IMG/VR virus record: IMGVR_UViG_3300023174_000003
Coordinates: 15,792 to 79,791 of that record
DNA: 64,000 nt
Source: a virus
Strand: one strand, 5' to 3'
Shown here: positions 45,159 through 55,054 of the stretch, one piece after another
How positions within the stretch are numbered: the stretch's first letter is position 1
Layout: each line of letters opens with the position of its first letter
Made by a program: the position numbers and the translations under genes
The notes under the pieces: model-generated
Databases searched by the model: none
What the model saw: only the letters and a program-made list of their open reading frames with translations
Told to the model about the DNA's origin: nothing

Positions 45159-45746
45159 ATGGCAATAGGAAACTTACTATCAAGACTTGGTCAGTTTTTT
45201 ACCGCCCACCCAGGTGCTGTAGACGTAGCTAAAACTGTGGCACCCGGCGCGGCTTTAAACGCAGTAATGGGTGGTGTTGTAGGTGGCTGGAAGGGTGCTG
45301 CAGGATATAGTGCTGGTGATTTTTTATTAAATTATCCACTTGTGGCACTAGCAAGAAAAATTGCCCCAGAAGTAGAAGAACAAGTAGTAATAAAAAATGC
45401 AAAAAACATAGATGAAATAATCACACGCAAAAGACCGTCCGGATTAGAAACTGCTGCTAATTTAGGTGGCTCAATGTTATCAGCTCCTTTAACTGACTTG
45501 GTTACTGGTGGAGCGCTCTTGCCACAAGAGCAAGTTGTTCCAACAAACGAATCGCAGCCGCAACAAATCTACCAACAGTTAACACAAAGAGACAAAGTAA
45601 ATAACCTACAACGTCAAGCCCTGTCTCCAAATACAATGTATCAAATGCAGGGCATTGAACACACTGCTCATATACCAGGGATTACTTTATTGCCGGAACA
45701 AGCTGCATTATTAGAACAACAATTACAAACATTGGGGATAGCCTAA
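45159..45746 (+). CDS. probable internal virion protein
   Basis: Gly/Ala-rich segments. Confidence 0.55.
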   Translation: MAIGNLLSRLGQFFTAHPGAVDVAKTVAPGAALNAVMGGVVGGWKGAAGYSAGDFLLNYPLVALARKIAPEVEEQVVIKNAKNIDEIITRKRPSGLETAANLGGSMLSAPLTDLVTGGALLPQEQVVPTNESQPQQIYQQLTQRDKVNNLQRQALSPNTMYQMQGIEHTAHIPGITLLPEQAALLEQQLQTLGIA

Positions 45747-46753
45747 TGGCAAAAACTCCATGGGCCTATGAACAATATATTCGTAAACCAGGAGAAGTTA
45801 CTGGGCTGAGACAAGGCGCGGCTATTGGTGCCCGCTTAAAAGAACAGATTGCCCAAGAAAAGGGTTATGGACAAGGTGTTAAAGATCCAGCATTTTACCA
45901 ACGACTGCGTACGGCTGGTGTTACGCCAAGACAAACACCTCTCGCCTTCCTTGGTGCCTATAGCGCAAATATCTTAGGTGATGTAGTCAACGATGAAACA
46001 AGACGTTTTTATTGGAAATACAACCACCCTGGTGCAATTGCTGATGAATTAGCGCAAAAGCTTGTTGACCCAGAGGACCGCCTAGGACCTTACGGAAGAG
46101 CTGCCGTAGGGTTTGTTGCTATACAACCAGCAGCAGCCCTTACAGGGGCATACGACCCCCTTAACATTGCACAATTAGGTCGGCCAGCGGGCTACAAACA
46201 AAATGAACCTAGTGAGGAAGATTACAGAGAAACATCTGATCCCGCAGCTGAGTTATTTGAGCGTTTCTTCCAGGGTCGCAGGGGACGTCCTTTGAAGTAC
46301 GAAGATGCCAAAAAAGAAATTCCTAGCCTTACTCATGAGAGATATGCTAATTATATGGGATTCTTATACAATGATCCCGGCATTCCTGGCACCATGGGTT
46401 CAGTTAAAGTAACAGGTGAAAATTTAGAAGGTAAGCCAGAGATCAGATTGATGGGTAATCCTATTAGCATTCCTTCTATTACAGCGTTAGCTGGTGGCTT
46501 AGCTGGAGCAAGATATGGTGTGACGCAGGTAGATAGAACCCGTGGCCCCATACAGCTTGATTTACTGGGTAAACCACAAGTACTTAAAGGAGAAGTACAA
46601 AGAGGAGGTAGAATAGGACGTGGTATTGCAGGGGCAGGTGTTGGTGCTTTAACTGGTGCTGCTATTGGCTTACTTGTCAATGAAGCAATTGCATCTGCAA
46701 ATAGACCACAACTTCCTCGTTTAGCTGAGTATCAACCGCAAGATAATATCTGA
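45746..46753 (+). CDS. probable internal virion protein
   Basis: Glycine-zipper C-terminus. Confidence 0.55.
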   Translation: MAKTPWAYEQYIRKPGEVTGLRQGAAIGARLKEQIAQEKGYGQGVKDPAFYQRLRTAGVTPRQTPLAFLGAYSANILGDVVNDETRRFYWKYNHPGAIADELAQKLVDPEDRLGPYGRAAVGFVAIQPAAALTGAYDPLNIAQLGRPAGYKQNEPSEEDYRETSDPAAELFERFFQGRRGRPLKYEDAKKEIPSLTHERYANYMGFLYNDPGIPGTMGSVKVTGENLEGKPEIRLMGNPISIPSITALAGGLAGARYGVTQVDRTRGPIQLDLLGKPQVLKGEVQRGGRIGRGIAGAGVGALTGAAIGLLVNEAIASANRPQLPRLAEYQPQDNI

Positions 46754-46794
46754 TAGAATTTTAAATATAGATAGACAAACAGCTAAAAATAAAA

Positions 46795-47832
46795 ATGGCC
46801 GATTACACAGAAGAACAACTTAAAAATCTTGCGCGTATTAGAGAGCTTAAAGCGACAAACGATCGAATGGCATCAGTGTTGCCTCCTATAACAGGGTCTA
46901 CTTCAACTCAAGCAACTGTACCAGGTACTAATCCAGGGGGTTTTGAAGGCTTTCTAAATATGCTTAGAGGCCAAGCTGGCAAAGCCTCTGAAGCTACAAC
47001 ACAAGCAGCACAACGAGCGGCACAAACTCCATTGGGACAAGCTGTTGCGCAAGGACCTGAAAGTGCTTTCCGGTTTGCTACTGAAGTCCCTGGTAGACCC
47101 GGCGTTGTCCGTGGTGCAGGACAAAGCCTTTTGGGCGGCGGCATTACAGGTGGAGCACTTTCTGGCCTAGATCCACTTCTTAAAGGCAACTTACCCGGCG
47201 CTGTAGTAGCCGCAGGAGCAGGTGCAGCCACTGGTGCAGTACTGAATCCAATTGCAAATGTTCTTACAGAGGGAATGATTAGAAACGGTCCCCTGCCAGT
47301 TAAAGCCTTAGGATATGCAGGTCGATTTTTAGCACCAGGTATTTTAGCCGCAGCAGCAGGCGGAGCAGCGCAAAGAGCTATTGCACCTAATGCAGGAGAA
47401 GAGTCCAGCTTCCCTGATCCCGCTGCTGCATCACTTCCATTGTCAGTAGCTGGTATACCATTAAATAAGGCGGCTGCAGAAGAAGCCAAGACACTGAGAG
47501 ATGCACGTCTTCAACAGCAGATTCGTAATGAATCAATGAGTGCAGAGATGGCCAACCTAAAAGATTTAATAAATTTTAACAATGTAGCTCAAGTGCAACA
47601 AGCAAAAGCTCTTGATCCCTTGGTGCAAGCATCACTAGACAAGTCTCTTGCTAGGCAGCAAGCTATGGTGAATCTGCAAACAAATAGTTATGCTCGCCTA
47701 GGTACTTTGTCAATGGCTGGTAATCTTGCGGAAGGGGCTCAAAGCGAAACAGGTGCATTAATGCGTACTATTGCAAGCACTAATCCTTATGCAGGATCCA
47801 CAATACAAGCTCCTGCCATTCGCTTTGGTTAA
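46795..47832 (+). CDS. probable internal virion/ejection protein
   Basis: Gly/Ala-rich region plus Gln-rich coiled coil. Confidence 0.55.
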   Translation: MADYTEEQLKNLARIRELKATNDRMASVLPPITGSTSTQATVPGTNPGGFEGFLNMLRGQAGKASEATTQAAQRAAQTPLGQAVAQGPESAFRFATEVPGRPGVVRGAGQSLLGGGITGGALSGLDPLLKGNLPGAVVAAGAGAATGAVLNPIANVLTEGMIRNGPLPVKALGYAGRFLAPGILAAAAGGAAQRAIAPNAGEESSFPDPAAASLPLSVAGIPLNKAAAEEAKTLRDARLQQQIRNESMSAEMANLKDLINFNNVAQVQQAKALDPLVQASLDKSLARQQAMVNLQTNSYARLGTLSMAGNLAEGAQSETGALMRTIASTNPYAGSTIQAPAIRFG

Positions 47833-47837
47833 TAATC

Positions 47838-48350
47838 ATGGGCACATCTTTTGGCACTTTTCCTAAACAGGTTCCTTCCTATGGGAATAAGCCTTTTTAT
47901 AATGTAAATTTTGAAGGGATACTCCCTGGTGCGCAACAACAGTCTTATTATGGAGCACCTGATAAAGGACAGTCTTTTCAAGATTTAATAAACTCTACTA
48001 AAGGTATGGATCCTAAAGATAGAGCTAGTATTATTTTTGCTCACACAATGAGCAAGCCTCAGTATTCACTAGCTGAGCTTGCTGATTTTAGAAAGAAAGA
48101 AGCAGCTGAAGCCCAGAGGTTAGGTAAAGAATCTGCTGCTGAAGCTTGGAAATATAATATGATAGGTAAAGGTGTAGATGCCCTAGCCTCAGGCATTAAG
48201 ACAGCAGTGGACCCCTTTGGTGGATACGGGCCAGCAATACTTGCAATAGAAAACTCTAAGTCAGATCTTTATAATTTAAATCCAAGGCAGCAAATAGTGA
48301 TGCCTAATATCACAGCTCCTATTACGGTCCCTAGTACCAGGTATATTTAA
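47838..48350 (+). CDS. hypothetical virion-region protein
   Basis: 170-aa ORF in the operon. Confidence 0.6.
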   Translation: MGTSFGTFPKQVPSYGNKPFYNVNFEGILPGAQQQSYYGAPDKGQSFQDLINSTKGMDPKDRASIIFAHTMSKPQYSLAELADFRKKEAAEAQRLGKESAAEAWKYNMIGKGVDALASGIKTAVDPFGGYGPAILAIENSKSDLYNLNPRQQIVMPNITAPITVPSTRYI

Positions 48351-48354
48351 AACA

Positions 48355-48951
48355 ATGTGGGATTCTTTTGGTACAGATAGTTCCATTTCTGGACCTAGTT
48401 CTTTCACTGGAAAGGAGATCCCTGGGTTTGGACTTGGTACAATAGGGGGACAGGGAGGAGGAGGTAGTATGATTCCATGGGGAGCTCTTGCTGGAGGTGC
48501 ATTTCAACTCGGTTCAGCTGTAATAGGAGCTAACGCAGCTACATATGGAGCCAATAAATTACGTCAAGGAGTAAAAGAAAAAAATGAACTAGCAGCAATT
48601 TTAAATGCAAATAATAATTTTAACCAAGCGCAGCAACAACTAGGGCAAAACTGGTTAGCTTCTGCTCAATTTTCTAGTCCAGTAGGTTTTACAACTGCTC
48701 CGCAAGCTGCATTTGACCTTGAAAAACGTGGGCGTTTATTCCAGGCGGACGTATTGAATCCAAAAGAAGATGTCAGGCAAAAAGAAATAGCCCGATTTAA
48801 TAGAGATTTTCAACTTGAACCAGAAACAAGGGCCTTGGCACGTTTACAGAATAAAGAAGAGTTAGATAATAAGCTACGTGAGTATCATGGTAAATTAGCT
48901 GGCATGTTTGGTTCAATTGCTCCAATTGATTCTCGTTCACTGGTGGTGTAA
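48355..48951 (+). CDS. probable ejection (pilot-like) protein
   Basis: Gly-rich hydrophobic N-terminus followed by a Q/N-rich helix. Confidence 0.55.
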   Translation: MWDSFGTDSSISGPSSFTGKEIPGFGLGTIGGQGGGGSMIPWGALAGGAFQLGSAVIGANAATYGANKLRQGVKEKNELAAILNANNNFNQAQQQLGQNWLASAQFSSPVGFTTAPQAAFDLEKRGRLFQADVLNPKEDVRQKEIARFNRDFQLEPETRALARLQNKEELDNKLREYHGKLAGMFGSIAPIDSRSLVV

Positions 48952-48953
48952 TC

Positions 48954-49871
48954 ATGGGAATGGATAGCGGCCTATTATTTTCAATGCTAATGCTTGGGCA
49001 GCAAAATGCTGGTCAAGCACAGCAAAATGCTATGTTTGAAAATATTACAAATAGAAATTACGCAGCTCAAGAAAAAGAACAAGTTCGTTTAGACAAAATA
49101 CGCGAAGAAGAGAAGGCAGCTGAAGCAGCAACTAAAGCGGCAGGAGAAGCAGGGTATAAGGGTCTACTTGGCAGCACTGAAACACAACTGCGTAAAGGGC
49201 TATTAAACTACACGGGCGCAGTAGATGCCGTACGGAGTTATAGAACCAAGTATGGCTTGACCCCATCGGAAGAAGATGTTACATATTTAACTAATCTTTA
49301 TACCAATGAGCTTCAACCACAACGCCAAAAAACAGGCATTCAATCAGCCTATCAAGAAACCCTGGGTCGAGACGTAAATGAGTCAGAGCTGCAAACGGCG
49401 CAAGATAGATTTAATCAAGGGTACTACACATCGGTTGATGATTTAAAATCTTCTTTGTATAAAGGTAAAGAGTACCAAGATAAATTCAATACCAGTTACC
49501 TGGATAATTATTACGACACAATGTTTGGCAAGCAAACAGTTGATGCAGAAGGCAAAAAAACGGGACAACGTACCTTTAAATTCAACAAATCTTTGTTGCC
49601 AAGCTACGACACAGCAGCCGCAAATAAAACAAAAATAAATATTCCTTCGTTTGATGACTCGACTTCAGGTACTCCACAAGAGCTGCAAGAGCAAATTCAA
49701 AATATTAGGGATACAAGACAGTATCTTTATAGTGCTGGATTGACAAATCTTCAAGGAGAAATTGACAAAGAAACCCAATCATTAAAAAATGAAGGAGCAA
49801 AAGATATTGCTAAGATTGAACAAGGTGGTGGTCTTTACAGACAACTGGTCGGAGCATTTAATTTTAGCTAG
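48954..49871 (+). CDS. hypothetical virion-region protein
   Basis: 305 aa; AYQETLGR motif. Confidence 0.6.
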   Translation: MGMDSGLLFSMLMLGQQNAGQAQQNAMFENITNRNYAAQEKEQVRLDKIREEEKAAEAATKAAGEAGYKGLLGSTETQLRKGLLNYTGAVDAVRSYRTKYGLTPSEEDVTYLTNLYTNELQPQRQKTGIQSAYQETLGRDVNESELQTAQDRFNQGYYTSVDDLKSSLYKGKEYQDKFNTSYLDNYYDTMFGKQTVDAEGKKTGQRTFKFNKSLLPSYDTAAANKTKINIPSFDDSTSGTPQELQEQIQNIRDTRQYLYSAGLTNLQGEIDKETQSLKNEGAKDIAKIEQGGGLYRQLVGAFNFS

Positions 49872-49935
49872 ACAGTATTTGCTAAAGATTAACTTGCTAT
49901 AATATTTAAGTACTTGACTAACATAGGCTTTTGCT

Positions 49936-50094
49936 ATGGAAGAAAACAACGACAATTATTTTAATATAGACAATTTTCAACAACTTTTGGATAGGCTTGA
50001 GTCTTCTAAAAAGCGTCAACAACGCCAAAAGTCTGTTGAATCACGTCGTGATATTTTTGCACAAGGCCTTGCTGGTATGATGGGTAACTTCTGA
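49936..50094 (+). CDS. 52-aa hypothetical protein
   Basis: MEENNDNYFNIDNFQQLLDRLESSKKRQQRQKS..GMMGNF*; extended -10 upstream. Confidence 0.6.
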   Translation: MEENNDNYFNIDNFQQLLDRLESSKKRQQRQKSVESRRDIFAQGLAGMMGNF

Positions 50095-50123
50095 TAAGCT
50101 ACTAGTTTTTTCTAGGTAATCAA

Positions 50124-50387
50124 ATGGCGGACACCACAACAACAGCAACGGATCCATTGGATTCAACTAATGTAGATGACTGGTTTGATATTGATAAATA
50201 TCGCCAAGCAGCTGGTGTTGCCTACGAGTTTTCCAAGAAAAAATTAGAAGATACCGGAAAAGAACAACGAGAAACCATTGGAAAACAAGCAACTGAAGAA
50301 CGTGCAGGAGCCCAGCAAAAGCAAGAGTTCGGTCAAAGCGACGAAGCCAGGGATTATTCCCAGGCCCGTGGAGCTTACAAATACTGA
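50124..50387 (+). CDS. hypothetical protein
   Basis: 87 aa. Confidence 0.6.
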   Translation: MADTTTTATDPLDSTNVDDWFDIDKYRQAAGVAYEFSKKKLEDTGKEQRETIGKQATEERAGAQQKQEFGQSDEARDYSQARGAYKY

Positions 50388-50874
50388 AGTCTTCGATGCA
50401 TGGGCTGAAGGATTAGATCCTGGTACGCACGAGTCCTTTTGTTCGTTTTGCTCAGAAAACTATTCAACTATTGAATGTTTTCTCTACGCTCGGTTTCTTG
50501 GTTATCTAGGCAGTATTACTGCGTGTGAGGAATGGGTAACTCTTAAGTACCCAAAGCCTGATCACAGGCGTATCCTGCTAGATGAAATTGAACACATGAA
50601 AGAAGATATACGTCTTCTTCGTGAGGATATTGAGAATTATGGCGTCAAGCGAGACAGTGGTGTAGCAAGAATCGCTGCTATGGAAAAAGAACTCCGTGGC
50701 ACCATAAATCAAGTAGAGCAGTTCACTGCTAATAAAGATAGGAAAGGCTTGTTGATGGCTGGTGCAGACCGCGCCATTCGTGAGTTAGCCTTTATATTTA
50801 AAGATGACCCAATCGAAGGTCCTCTTAAAGAAGCTGCAATGAGTGTGTGGGCAAGAATGCAATTAGAAGAATAA
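50278..50874 (+). CDS. hypothetical protein, candidate terminase small subunit (start may be GTG 50368)
   Basis: Helical/coiled-coil protein upstream of terL; assignment is positional only. Confidence 0.45.
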   Translation: MENKQLKNVQEPSKSKSSVKATKPGIIPRPVELTNTEVFDAWAEGLDPGTHESFCSFCSENYSTIECFLYARFLGYLGSITACEEWVTLKYPKPDHRRILLDEIEHMKEDIRLLREDIENYGVKRDSGVARIAAMEKELRGTINQVEQFTANKDRKGLLMAGADRAIRELAFIFKDDPIEGPLKEAAMSVWARMQLEE

Positions 50875-50908
50875 TGGTTTAAAATAGTTCTATCAATAAG
50901 GCAAACAC

Positions 50909-51076
50909 ATGGCCGGTAAAGTTCCCCCCAAGAAAGATGCCAAGGCTGGCAAGAAGCCTATGCCTGCTGACGCAAAAGCAGGTAAGAAAGCTGTACCTCC
51001 CAATCCTCCTACTAAAGGCGGTAAAGAAGATATGAAAGCTAAGATGGATCGTCTTCGTGCCATGAAAGGGAAATAG
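50909..51076 (+). CDS. 55-aa Lys/Pro-rich protein
   Basis: MAGKVPPKKDAKAGKKPMPADAKAGKK..MDRLRAMKGK*. Confidence 0.6.
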   Translation: MAGKVPPKKDAKAGKKPMPADAKAGKKAVPPNPPTKGGKEDMKAKMDRLRAMKGK

Positions 51077-51078
51077 TC

Positions 51079-51441
51079 ATGGGAGCAGGTAACACACGAA
51101 TGGCTGGCCAAGGTGGTGTACAAGCCGCTGGTGATAAAGCCATGCAAGAAGCTTTGATGCGGCAACGTGCACAACAAGGCATGGAAAATATGTCCCGTCA
51201 TCAGAACGAATCTCCTGTTGGTGGCATGGGTGCTCCAGGGGGTTATCGCCCAGGACTAGAGCCTGATTATCGGAACATGGCAGAAGATGCCCGTTTACGT
51301 GCAACTGCAAATAGTGGTGGCAATATTGGCAGTGGTCGTCCCCCACTACGTGGTGGCATGATAATGGCCCCTGGGCGAGCAGCTCGTCTTTCAGATGAGG
51401 ATGTGCAAGAACTAGAGCGTCGCGTATCAGGTGCCCGATAA
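51079..51441 (+). CDS. hypothetical protein
   Basis: 120-aa G/M/R-rich ORF. Confidence 0.55.
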   Translation: MGAGNTRMAGQGGVQAAGDKAMQEALMRQRAQQGMENMSRHQNESPVGGMGAPGGYRPGLEPDYRNMAEDARLRATANSGGNIGSGRPPLRGGMIMAPGRAARLSDEDVQELERRVSGAR

Positions 51442-51442
51442 A

Positions 51443-51592
51443 ATGTCTAAGAAGAAGATGCCTCCTGAAGTTCTTGAGGTCTTCAAGAAGAAAGAGGCAA
51501 AAAATGAAGATGGTTCAGATATGGATGATAAGACTAAACGTAAGGCTGCATTAGAAAAAGCACGTAGCTATAAACAACAAAAAGCTAAGTGA
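51443..51592 (+). CDS. 49-aa basic protein
   Basis: MSKKKMPPEVLEVFKKKE.. Confidence 0.55.
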   Translation: MSKKKMPPEVLEVFKKKEAKNEDGSDMDDKTKRKAALEKARSYKQQKAK

Positions 51593-51623
51593 TAGGCTAT
51601 ATTTAACTTAGTTGAATCTGGTT

Positions 51624-54161
51624 ATGCCCTCATATTTACATCTGGCGTATCGCCGTAATGCAAGGGCTGCTGCAAAGAATTACACAGTAAAACCAGCTGA
51701 TAACCTGGAGCTAGCAAAAAGAGCTAGAGAAGATTTTAGTTTCTTTTGTGAGTATGTAGCTAATAAGCCTCCGGCTGCCCACCACAAGGACTGGCACAGG
51801 CACTTTGTGACGGGTGAGGATAGTACATGCCTAAAAGGAATTGCAGGCCCCAACATAGACCTCCTGGGACCTCGCGGTTCAAGTAAGTCGACCACCCTGG
51901 GTTTGTTTACCGCATGGGCCATTGGTGTACATACAACTGCCAAGATGCCTCTGCAAATTCTGTACTTGTCATATACGGTTGAAATTGCGCGTCCTAAGTC
52001 TGCTGCCATTAAACGTATTATTGAAAGCCGTAAATATCAAGAAGTATTTCCTGCCGTAAGACTTCTTAAGAATGTAACAAGTAATGAGTACTGGTCAGTG
52101 GACCATAAATTTGCTGGCATTGAAAGCATCGGTGATGAAATGTTCACCTTATGTGCTGCAGGCTTAAAAGGTTCAGTGACATCCAAGCGATCACACCTTT
52201 GCTTAATAGGTGATACATTGGTATTGACAAATCATGGCAACGTTCCAATTGCCACTATTTATGCAAATCCTGCCGCCTACCAAATTGCTACCAGAAATCA
52301 CACCACAGATCAAGTTGAGTGGAGCAACGTGGCCGCAGTTACAAAACGTAATACCAAAGGAATTATTAGCATTGAAACAGAATGTAGAAATAAAATTCAA
52401 TGCACTCCCGAACACCCTTTCATTACGGCGGACGGAAGGCAAAAAAGGGCAGGAGATTTTAGTCCGGGGGAAACCATTGTCGGATTATCCGACTGGAGAC
52501 AAGTTGACACATTGCCTAAGTTGTCAGGGACCCAAGAAACAAACACAGAGAATTTGCACTACGTGTCACAAGGGAACAGGAGGGTTTGTGGTCCAACTCC
52601 AATGCCCAGTCTGTCAACAGCAATTTTCAATAGTTTCAAATCGTTTAACACAGCGTCTTTACAAAAAGCCTCAAACAATTTGCTGCAGCCATTCCTGCAG
52701 TGGACAAAAAAGAATAACACTAACAAAAAAACCTTGTCGGCATTGTGGCAAACTATTTCAACCTCAGAGTCACTTGTCACAGTGTTGTTCAAAAAAGTGC
52801 GCAGATTCTATGCATGCAAACAAAATGCAAGGAACTGGCAACGCAAATTACAAGCATGGTTGTCGGGCTGGCAAATGGAAAAAATTGCGCCTGTTAATTC
52901 TTGCAAGAGACTGTTCAATTTGTGTTGGTTGCAACACCTTGGAGCAAAAACAATTATTAAACGGCGGGCAACTGAGGACCAATCTTTGTGTTCACCACAT
53001 CGACCACAACCCCTTAAACAATATCCCGCAAAATTTAATCACGTTGTGCAGGCAGTGCCATGTAGCACACCATCAAATAACGGACAAAGCTGGGAGGCCG
53101 TCACCATTTCCAGAGTTGACTTCCTTAGCGAAAGAGAGGAGTTTGTCTATGACTTAGAAGTCAGTCATAGCAGTCATAATTTCATTGCAAATGGCTTAAA
53201 TGTCTTGAATTGTTTAATAGACGATTGTATCAAATCTGCGACAGATATAGCCAATCCTGATATACGTAAGTCTATGCAAGATAACTGGAATGCGGTTATC
53301 TCACCAACTATGTTTGAAGGTGGAAGAGCAATCTGTCTTGGCACCAGATTTAGACACGATGATATACACGCCACCACATTTAATGAGCAAAATAATTGGC
53401 AACAGATTGTATTGTCTGCAATTCAACAAGATCCCAAAACAGGTGATGAGCTTTCCTATTGGCCAGAGATGTGGTCATTGGAATACCTAAAGGAAAAGAA
53501 ACGGCAAGCACCAGTTGCTTTCTCTTTCCAGTACATGAATCAGATTGTCAGACAAGGTGAGTTGTCCCTGGCACCAGAGCTAATAGTTAAAGCAGAAATT
53601 GCAACTGAATTTGATACGCTTGGTATTGGTGTTGATCTATCTGCTGGCATCAAAGAAAAGAATGACTACACAGTAATGATTCTTGGTGGACGCATTGATG
53701 ACCGTATACACATCATTGATTATCGCCGGATGCGTGTCATGGGCAACCTAGAGAAATTAGATGCATTAAAAGAATTGCTTAATGATTGGTCAATTATTGG
53801 TAAAGATGATAACGGTAATTATTTTCCTACCTACGCAACTTGCGATATCTGGTCAGAAGCTGTCCAGTACCAGGCTTCACTCGAAGCTGATTTCAAGAGG
53901 ATTTGCCTTAATGACGAAGGTCTTCACAACCTCTTGTGGCATCCGGTCAAAGGATTCCGTGCAGATAAGCTGGCACGATTCAGAGGAATTATTGGCATGT
54001 TTGAAGAACGAAAAATTATCTTTAACCGTTTCAGGAACTTCACTAATCTCTTCGAGGAACTCACAAACTTCGGAGTAAGTGGCCATGATGACTGTGTCGA
54101 TGCGTTGGTTTGGTTGGTAAATGGACTTACCAAAAAAGGTAAGCTTCAGTTTGATTACTGA
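51624..54161 (+). CDS. terL: terminase large subunit, intein-containing
   Basis: Walker A GPRGSSKST; Walker B LCLIDD split by the intein; LGTRFRHDD; RNase H-like GVDLS..NDYT..HDDCVDAL. Confidence 0.92.
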   Translation: MPSYLHLAYRRNARAAAKNYTVKPADNLELAKRAREDFSFFCEYVANKPPAAHHKDWHRHFVTGEDSTCLKGIAGPNIDLLGPRGSSKSTTLGLFTAWAIGVHTTAKMPLQILYLSYTVEIARPKSAAIKRIIESRKYQEVFPAVRLLKNVTSNEYWSVDHKFAGIESIGDEMFTLCAAGLKGSVTSKRSHLCLIGDTLVLTNHGNVPIATIYANPAAYQIATRNHTTDQVEWSNVAAVTKRNTKGIISIETECRNKIQCTPEHPFITADGRQKRAGDFSPGETIVGLSDWRQVDTLPKLSGTQETNTENLHYVSQGNRRVCGPTPMPSLSTAIFNSFKSFNTASLQKASNNLLQPFLQWTKKNNTNKKTLSALWQTISTSESLVTVLFKKVRRFYACKQNARNWQRKLQAWLSGWQMEKIAPVNSCKRLFNLCWLQHLGAKTIIKRRATEDQSLCSPHRPQPLKQYPAKFNHVVQAVPCSTPSNNGQSWEAVTISRVDFLSEREEFVYDLEVSHSSHNFIANGLNVLNCLIDDCIKSATDIANPDIRKSMQDNWNAVISPTMFEGGRAICLGTRFRHDDIHATTFNEQNNWQQIVLSAIQQDPKTGDELSYWPEMWSLEYLKEKKRQAPVAFSFQYMNQIVRQGELSLAPELIVKAEIATEFDTLGIGVDLSAGIKEKNDYTVMILGGRIDDRIHIIDYRRMRVMGNLEKLDALKELLNDWSIIGKDDNGNYFPTYATCDIWSEAVQYQASLEADFKRICLNDEGLHNLLWHPVKGFRADKLARFRGIIGMFEERKIIFNRFRNFTNLFEELTNFGVSGHDDCVDALVWLVNGLTKKGKLQFDY
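52200..53210 (+). mobile_element. intein (337 aa) in the terL Walker B
   Basis: Block A CLIGDTLVLT, block B IQCTPEHPF, block F VYDLEV..HNFIANG, terminal VLN followed by Cys+1. Confidence 0.92.
52234..53157 (+). CDS. Zn-finger/HNH endonuclease in the +1 frame inside the intein (alternative start TTG 52477)
   Basis: CxxC..CCSxxC repeats; RDCSICVGC..LCVHHIDHNPLNNIPQNLITLCRQCHVAHH. Confidence 0.85.
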   Translation: MATFQLPLFMQILPPTKLLPEITPQIKLSGATWPQLQNVIPKELLALKQNVEIKFNALPNTLSLRRTEGKKGQEILVRGKPLSDYPTGDKLTHCLSCQGPKKQTQRICTTCHKGTGGFVVQLQCPVCQQQFSIVSNRLTQRLYKKPQTICCSHSCSGQKRITLTKKPCRHCGKLFQPQSHLSQCCSKKCADSMHANKMQGTGNANYKHGCRAGKWKKLRLLILARDCSICVGCNTLEQKQLLNGGQLRTNLCVHHIDHNPLNNIPQNLITLCRQCHVAHHQITDKAGRPSPFPELTSLAKERSLSMT

Positions 54162-54196
54162 CCTTAGAATAGTAACAGAAAGCATTCTATAACGCC

Positions 54197-54472
54197 GTGG
54201 GACCAGAGTACTTGCTGCTAATGATCAGCTTTGCTGTGCCCGCGCTTACTGGTGCTGGGTGGGCAACGAATAAATTGTTGAGTCGTTTTCATGAACGCAT
54301 CCTTCGTGTAGAAAAACGGATGGACAACACAGACGCCAGCATCAATTCCATGCACCATCGATTGCCCATCGAGTATGTTCTCAAGGTTGATTTCCTAAGA
54401 GAAATCCAACAAATGCAAGACAATTTTAAACAGATTAACAATAAGCTTGATAAGCTTATTGAAAAGCTGTAA
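54197..54472 (+). CDS. small membrane protein with coiled coil (holin/haemolysin-like)
   Basis: N-terminal transmembrane segment; YVLKVDF..INNKLDKL. Confidence 0.5.
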   Translation: MGPEYLLLMISFAVPALTGAGWATNKLLSRFHERILRVEKRMDNTDASINSMHHRLPIEYVLKVDFLREIQQMQDNFKQINNKLDKLIEKL

Positions 54473-54477
54473 ACAAA

Positions 54478-54660
54478 ATGGACTACACCCTAGAGATCCA
54501 AGAGGACGACAACGGTGATTTTTTTATCCAATTCCCAGATGACGTAATAGAAGAACTTGGCTGGGAAGAGGGAGATATCCTTGAGTGGAAACTTAAGGGC
54601 AATGGGGTTGTTTTATCAAAACTTAATGATTCAGATCGATATGAGGTAATAGAAGAGTAA
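54478..54660 (+). CDS. AbrB/MazE-like DNA-binding domain protein
   Basis: IQFPDDVIEELGWEEGDILEW..GVVLSK. Confidence 0.7.
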   Translation: MDYTLEIQEDDNGDFFIQFPDDVIEELGWEEGDILEWKLKGNGVVLSKLNDSDRYEVIEE

Positions 54661-54695
54661 GGGTTGATAGAATGAATAAACTAAGGAATAAATAA

Positions 54696-55013
54696 ATGTA
54701 TTTAAGCGGATACGAGAATGTCCCTGGCGCACCAGGTAATCTTCTTGCTGGTCTCAGTTTTGATATAAACAAAAGCCCAGGTGCTCTTGGCAACCGCGCA
54801 GGTGAGCAGTTACAACGTCTCTACAAAGGTGGGACACAACAAAATGAACAGTTGAATGAAGAGTTGAAAAAAAGAGGTCTTATGCCTGGTGCTGGGCCAC
54901 AGTTGCCCTTGGCTTCAGCAGGCGGAATGCCCCCAATGGGTAACGCAAGCTTCTTCTATGGTCCTCAATACGGACAAGAGCTACAAGGATATGGCGGCAA
55001 GTATGTCTCCTAG
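54696..55013 (+). CDS. hypothetical protein
   Basis: 105-aa Gly/Pro-rich ORF. Confidence 0.55.
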   Translation: MYLSGYENVPGAPGNLLAGLSFDINKSPGALGNRAGEQLQRLYKGGTQQNEQLNEELKKRGLMPGAGPQLPLASAGGMPPMGNASFFYGPQYGQELQGYGGKYVS

Positions 55014-55054
55014 TATCTGCTAGTATTTGTAAAAGAATATTTTAAAATAAAAAT

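Noticed and set aside
46351-47489. Long antisense ORFs (46351-46680, 46908-47489) and similar shadow ORFs elsewhere
   Set aside because: Expected opposite Gly/Ala-rich genes; no motifs or translation signals
50124-50874. 110-nt overlap of two late ORFs
   Set aside because: Largely disappears if the second gene starts at GTG 50368
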